Assembly (NCBI GenBank): GCA_965215065.1
Contig: OZ244037.1
Span: 3,779,371 to 3,843,370, forward strand
DNA from: Longimicrobiales bacterium
GTDB taxonomy: Bacteria > Gemmatimonadota > Gemmatimonadetes > Longimicrobiales > Gaopeijiaceae
Reading direction: 5' to 3'
DNA length: 64,000 nucleotides
A program made the translations under genes and the position numbers. The notes under the pieces are model-generated. The model saw only the letters and a list, made by a program, of their open reading frames with translations. It made no database searches and had not been told where the DNA came from. Each line of letters starts with the position of its first letter. Positions within the stretch are counted from its first letter, which is position 1. This document shows positions 59,655 through 64,000 of this stretch, one piece after another.

Positions 59655-60553
59655 AGAGGCATCAGGAGCCTTCCCGTCAGGGGCGCCGCGACTTCGCCCC
59701 TGCGGTCGTCACCCACGACCTGGCCCGCCCGAACGGGCTGGAAATTGCTGAAGCCGGGGCGGGTCCGGTAACGGTCGTCCGGCGTGACCGCATGGCGGTG
59801 AACGGTCTCGAAGACATCGGGGAGCTGCCGACGGGCAGCCCGCATGATTCGATAGCTGGGCCTTACCTCGGGAATCGCCGTTTCCGGCAGGAGCCCCGCC
59901 GCCCGGATCGTCAGCCAGACGGCGGCGCGGGCCCTGGTCACGGCAAGCGGCTCCTCATGCTGTCCGCACTCGCAAACCGTGGTGGTGCAGCCCAGCTCGT
60001 CGAGGTAGCCGAGCAGAGTGCCCTCGATGTGTTCGGCGAGGCCGAGAACAAGCGGGACCGGGATCGCCATCGCGAAGCCGCGGTTCCGGGGAAGATCGGC
60101 CGTCGTCGTGAATGTTCCGCCCCGCCCCGAGGTGGTATGGAGGTCCAGGACATGCACGGAACCGCGGCGGCGCGCCGACACCATGTCGAGGAGACGCATC
60201 ATCCTGACCATTTCCGCGTCCTCCGGCGCGGCACGCGAAACCCCGTTCCTAGAACGGTCGACCTGGCCGGGACTCCATGCCCGGTTCAGGTCGTACGACA
60301 TGAAGCGCCTGCCTGCAGCCAGCGCGCTCAGGTTGCCCACGGCGGCCACGAAGTCGCCCGCCATGACGCCCCGGCGGGCACGTACCTCTTCGATCAGGGC
60401 TTCCAGAGCCCATACCCCGGCGGGTTCGTTCCCGTGAAGCCCCCCGATGCACAGCAGCAGCGGACCCTCCGATCTCCCTTCGACCCACCCGATAAGACCG
60501 CTGTTCGGATAAGGAGCCGACTCGCTTGCGAGACGCTCCGCGCCGGACCCCAC
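59552..60553 (-). CDS. Succinylglutamate desuccinylase/aspartoacylase (AstE/AspA, M14-like) family hydrolase
   Basis: 333 aa with the GGLHGNEPAG zinc-ligand block and VLDLHTTSG. GTG start 2 nt after the upstream ligase stop. Its 3-prime end overlaps the convergent aminotransferase gene by 103 nt. Confidence 0.8.
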   Translation of the reverse strand: MGSGAERLASESAPYPNSGLIGWVEGRSEGPLLLCIGGLHGNEPAGVWALEALIEEVRARRGVMAGDFVAAVGNLSALAAGRRFMSYDLNRAWSPGQVDRSRNGVSRAAPEDAEMVRMMRLLDMVSARRRGSVHVLDLHTTSGRGGTFTTTADLPRNRGFAMAIPVPLVLGLAEHIEGTLLGYLDELGCTTTVCECGQHEEPLAVTRARAAVWLTIRAAGLLPETAIPEVRPSYRIMRAARRQLPDVFETVHRHAVTPDDRYRTRPGFSNFQPVRAGQVVGDDRRGEVAAPLTGRLLMPLYQELGDDGFFVVREAAGRRRNESKAEPIRSSPR

Positions 60554-60555
60554 CG

Positions 60556-62475
60556 TCAGGCTCCGGCTCCTTGCAGGCGTTCCTCGAGAAGATGGTAGGC
60601 CATCGGCATGAAATCCGTCTCGCTCACGAGACCGACGAGCTGCCCGTCCTTGACCACCGGAAGCGCGGAAACCTTCTTCGTGCGCATGACGCGGATGGCC
60701 TCGAGAGTGGTCGTCTCGGGTGCAATCGTCACGGGCTCACGCACCATGACCTCGCTTACCGGCATGTTTTCTGCCTCGTCCAGAGTCCGCCCCTCGGCCA
60801 TGATCCTGAGAATGGAGCGGTAGGAAACCACGCCGACAAGGCGGTGATCGCTGTCCTCGATGAGCACATGCCTGATCTGGCGAAAGTCCATCAGGTAGGC
60901 GACCAGCTCCACCAGTTCGTCCTGATTCACCGTGGTGAGCGCGGTCGTCATGTATTGCTCCACCCGGACATAGTGGTGCTTCCACCCTCCCGCCTCGTGG
61001 ATCTGCGCCGACTCCCAGCACGCAACCGGGGCCCCTTCCACCTGCTGCCGGACGGCGGCGGCCGTGAGGGCGGCCAGTCGTTCGGCCCTGGTCCCGGACT
61101 TCTTGAGCTGGCTGAGCGACCGCAACGCCCAGGAGGCACCGGTGACTCCCGCGCGAGCACGCGCTTCGATCACGCCCAGATAGCGGGCGGCGTCTTCCTC
61201 GTCGATGGGGTATTGGGCAAGGCCCTTCTCGGCCAGAGGGAGCAGCGTCTCGAGTACGAGACGGTCGGATGGGCCGGTCTCGCCGTCCAGCCAGGCCAAC
61301 CCGGACCTGAGTCCCAGCCTGGACGCGGCAAGGAAGTTGCTCTTGGCATCGTCGAACTCGAAGCGCTCGGTGAGATCCGGGTACTCTCGGGCGACTCCCA
61401 GAACGGCGCCGATCCAGAAGACCGCGTTGGCCATCTCATCGAGAGTCGTGGGACCGGACGGGAGCACGCGGCACTCGATGCGCAGATGCGGCTTGCCGTT
61501 GGAGATGCCGTAGCACGGCCGGTTCCAGCGGTACACGGTTCCGTTGAACAGCTGCAATGCGCTCAGCTTCGGCACGCCTCCTTCGTTGAGCACGCCGAGC
61601 GGATCTTCGTCCGCCGGGGCGGCGAGCAGGACACGGAACGCGGCCATGTCTTCCTGGAAGAGCTCCACAACGGAGCGTTCCAGCCAGCTGCCGCCGAATC
61701 GCACGCGCGAACTCATCTCACGCAAGTGGAGATCGGCGCTCCGAGTATCGAGCGACTGCTGGAAAAGCGCGATCCGGGTTTCCGCCCAGAGCCTTCGGCC
61801 GAAGAGCAGGGGCGAGTTCACACACGCCGCCAGGACCGGTCCGGTGACCGCCTGCGCGGCGTTGTAGAAGTGGGCGAACTCCTCCGCCGAGACCTGAAGG
61901 TGGACCTGGAAACTCGTGTTGCACGCCTCGAGCATGACGGAGTCGTGCTGAATCATGAGTTCGTCGGTGCCCCGGATGCGCAGCCGGAACTCACCGCCGC
62001 CGACCTGGTTCATCGCTTCGTTCAGGGCGTAGTAGCGCGCCCGCGGCGTGATGTTGTCCAGAGACATGTCGGACTTGGTCAGCGTGGGGAGGATGCCGGT
62101 CAGCATGACCTCCGAATCCTGACGGCGCGCCGCCGCCCGGACACGCTCGACGTAGCCGTCGAGTTCCGCGTGCATGTCCGCAAAGCACGTTCCCTCCAGG
62201 ACGCGCGGCGACAGGTTGGCTTCTAGGTTGAAACGCGCCAGTTCCGTCGTGAAGGGCTCGTCGTTCAGGTCCTCCAGAACCTCGACCGCGACCGGCGACG
62301 GCCTCCAGGCCTTGTTGACCAGGAACATTTCCTGCTCGGCGCCGAAGCGCCGGATCCCGGATTCTATGAGCCCTTCAGCCAGCAGCCGCTCCATGGCCAG
62401 CAGATCCCTGAGCAACGCGCGGGTGAATACCCGGATCGCCTCGGGCGATGTCTGCGGCGCGAGGTCCACGCCCAT
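60556..62475 (-). CDS. Glutamate-cysteine-ligase family 2 (GCS2, carboxylate-amine ligase) domain fused to a C-terminal CBS pair
   Basis: 639 aa. The N-terminal ~480 aa have GCS2-type blocks (RFGAEQEMFLV, FNLEANLSP, SFQVHLQV). The last ~130 aa show two CBS motifs (IRHVLIEDSDHRLVGVVSYRSIL, VSALPVVKDGQLVGLVSETDF). Confidence 0.78.
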   Translation of the reverse strand: MGVDLAPQTSPEAIRVFTRALLRDLLAMERLLAEGLIESGIRRFGAEQEMFLVNKAWRPSPVAVEVLEDLNDEPFTTELARFNLEANLSPRVLEGTCFADMHAELDGYVERVRAAARRQDSEVMLTGILPTLTKSDMSLDNITPRARYYALNEAMNQVGGGEFRLRIRGTDELMIQHDSVMLEACNTSFQVHLQVSAEEFAHFYNAAQAVTGPVLAACVNSPLLFGRRLWAETRIALFQQSLDTRSADLHLREMSSRVRFGGSWLERSVVELFQEDMAAFRVLLAAPADEDPLGVLNEGGVPKLSALQLFNGTVYRWNRPCYGISNGKPHLRIECRVLPSGPTTLDEMANAVFWIGAVLGVAREYPDLTERFEFDDAKSNFLAASRLGLRSGLAWLDGETGPSDRLVLETLLPLAEKGLAQYPIDEEDAARYLGVIEARARAGVTGASWALRSLSQLKKSGTRAERLAALTAAAVRQQVEGAPVACWESAQIHEAGGWKHHYVRVEQYMTTALTTVNQDELVELVAYLMDFRQIRHVLIEDSDHRLVGVVSYRSILRIMAEGRTLDEAENMPVSEVMVREPVTIAPETTTLEAIRVMRTKKVSALPVVKDGQLVGLVSETDFMPMAYHLLEERLQGAGA

Positions 62476-62590
62476 TCAGTCTCCTTGACCGAAGAGAAAG
62501 CCGTCCGAAAAACGGAGGACCGGCCGGAACGCGGGCATATCCGCGCCGTCGGTCCGTGACTCCTCCTACATTGGCCCGAAAGTTCGCGGA

Positions 62591-63379
62591 TTACAAGAAG
62601 GTCGCGATCTCCTCGAGAGACTTCTTGGAAATCGCAGGTACCCGGGCGTCTCCGGCGGGGTAGCCGACCACCAGGATCAGGAACGGCCGTTCGTTCGACG
62701 GACGCCCGAGTATCTCGTTAAGAAAGTTCATCGGTGACGGCGTATGGGTGAGCGTGGCCAGTCCCGCGCGGTGAAGCCCGGTGATCAGCATACCGGTCGC
62801 GATTCCGACGCTTTCCTGAACATAGTAGTTCTTGGCCTTGCCGCCGTCCGGGCGACGCTGGTAACGCTCGGCGAAGATGACGACGAGATAGGGCGCCGTC
62901 TCAAGAAACGGCTTGTGTTCGTCGGTTCCCAGGGCCGCGAGAGCCTCCAACCACTCCGGTGGAGCCCCGCCGCCGTAGAATGCCCGCTCCTCCTCTTCGG
63001 CGGCCGCCCGGATGCGCGACTTCAACTCCGGGTCGGACACGACGACGAAATGCCACGGCTGGTGGTTCGCACCGTTTGGTGCGGTGCCCGCCGCTCGAAT
63101 GCACTCCTCGACGACATCGAGCGGAACCGGCCGGTCGCTGAAGTCGCGTACGGTGCGCCGCCGCCCCAGCTCCCGCCGAAAGCTCGCCGCCCGCCGCAGC
63201 ATCTCTGCGGGCGCGTACTCCGTGTAGGAATCCAGAGGGAGGAAGCGGGGCTTGCTCAATGCGTGCCGGGCGAGTGGGGCCGAGTGTGCCGTCGGCGCAG
63301 CATCACGGCCCGCTTCCGCCCCCGAGTCGCCGGAACGCTCCCACCATTCCTCCGCCCTGACCGAGCTCCTGAGCCGCAC
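62591..63379 (-). CDS. Iodotyrosine deiodinase-like flavin nitroreductase
   Basis: It aligns by eye to animal IYD: [82 protein letters not shown]. The start is uncertain: the track start, GTG 63379, overlaps the upstream gene by 77 nt. Confidence 0.85.
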   Translation of the reverse strand: MRLRSSVRAEEWWERSGDSGAEAGRDAAPTAHSAPLARHALSKPRFLPLDSYTEYAPAEMLRRAASFRRELGRRRTVRDFSDRPVPLDVVEECIRAAGTAPNGANHQPWHFVVVSDPELKSRIRAAAEEEERAFYGGGAPPEWLEALAALGTDEHKPFLETAPYLVVIFAERYQRRPDGGKAKNYYVQESVGIATGMLITGLHRAGLATLTHTPSPMNFLNEILGRPSNERPFLILVVGYPAGDARVPAISKKSLEEIATFL

Positions 63380-63908
63380 GGCCCGGTGACACCCTCAGGT
63401 ATCTCGCCAGAAAGCTCACGTTTACGAGTCCCACCACCTCGTCGTCCGACAGCGAGATGTCCCGCCATTCGGAAGCGGGCCGACCGTTGAAGCGGTCGTA
63501 CACCCCGGCCAGGGGGCCGTAGGGACCATCGATCTGAACATGGAAGTCGCCTGCGTGGAGAGCATACGCCCCGGCGATGGCCATCCAGCTCTCTCCGATG
63601 CTCCTCTGTGTGACCAGGACATCCGGGGAAACTCCGGCGCGCCCGGCAAGGAACAGGACGACCGGGATTTCGCCGGAGGACAGGCCCCATCGCCGGATCA
63701 CCTCCAACTCGCTGTGCGGAAAGCCGAAGTTTTCACCGGCCGCACGCAGAAACGCCGCTTCATCGGCAGCGCTGGTCGCCTGGCCCTGAAGTAGTGCGGG
63801 TACGAGCAGGAATGCGGGTCCGAGCAGGAATGCGGGTACGAGCAGGAATGCGGGTCCGAACACGAAGAGCATCGGTACGGCGGAAGACAATCGCGGCAAC
63901 TTCTGCAT
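63303..63908 (-). CDS. Hypothetical secreted protein with repeat-expanded signal peptide
   Basis: 201 aa. The N-terminus [44 protein letters not shown] is encoded by an 18-bp tandem repeat. No family recognised. Confidence 0.5.
   Translation of the reverse strand: MQKLPRLSSAVPMLFVFGPAFLLVPAFLLGPAFLLVPALLQGQATSAADEAAFLRAAGENFGFPHSELEVIRRWGLSSGEIPVVLFLAGRAGVSPDVLVTQRSIGESWMAIAGAYALHAGDFHVQIDGPYGPLAGVYDRFNGRPASEWRDISLSDDEVVGLVNVSFLARYLRVSPGRAAQELGQGGGMVGAFRRLGGGSGP
63795..63866. repeat. 18-bp tandem repeat x4 (tgcgggtmcgagcaggaa)
   Basis: Units at 63795, 63813, 63831 and 63849. They alternate a/c at one position, and the last unit is degenerate. The repeat is in-frame (6 codons) inside the signal peptide of 63303..63908. 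Confidence 0.85.
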
Positions 63909-64000
63909 CGGGACGCCCCTGTCGTTTCCTGGTGCGACGGTGATCGAATGTCGCCAAGGCCGCGGTGGTCGGTCAACCGGGCCGATCCGGTTGAGCCGCG

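Overview
High-GC bacterial chromosomal window. Hand counts give about 72-78% G+C in two spot-checked lines of housekeeping genes. The gene set is diderm-type (Lgt, an Omp85/TamB pair, a TonB C-terminal domain protein, PspA). The style resembles Gemmatimonadota-like lineages, but that is inference only. I support about 55 protein genes, and all but four are on the minus strand. They form two very long co-directional arrays (461-34775 and 41552-58377) with 17 four-nt start/stop overlaps (GTGA, ATGA or TTGA).

Core genes recognised from motifs: class IV aminotransferase, pspA, uvrA, Omp85 plus tamB-like, metallophosphoesterase, lgt, tsaD, rsmB, thiG/thiS/thiE, fmt, def, yajC, tgt, queA, ruvB/A/C, yebC, an EF-G paralog, rhomboid protease, ddl, cystathionine beta-synthase-like, mutS, copA, holA, NUDIX hydrolase, an M16 peptidase pair, and a class I/II aminotransferase.

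Accessory or unusual content:
- A family of GxGPGEF-motif beta-propeller-like secreted/lipoproteins is present five times. One copy follows uvrA. Three sit in a tandem triplication that, with a Cys-rich secreted protein gene, splits the normally adjacent def-fmt pair. One copy is frameshifted.
- A lower-GC islet of about 3.4 kb (51.65-55.14 kb) carries an ECF sigma factor, decayed gene fragments, a 60-aa Cys-rich signal-peptide ORF, the frameshifted propeller gene and a zinc-finger (HxxxCxxC) anti-sigma-like protein.
- There is a lower-GC stand-alone sulfotransferase.
- A GCS2-type ligase fused to a CBS pair sits in an operon with an AstE/AspA-like hydrolase.
- There is an iodotyrosine-deiodinase-like nitroreductase.
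- An IS110-type transposase relic is present.
- There are several short tandem repeats, and a palindromic element recurs at convergent gene junctions.

I saw no rRNA, tRNA or CRISPR array by eye. Many starts are GTG or TTG; the ORF track prints these as M. Start coordinates are therefore less certain than stops.
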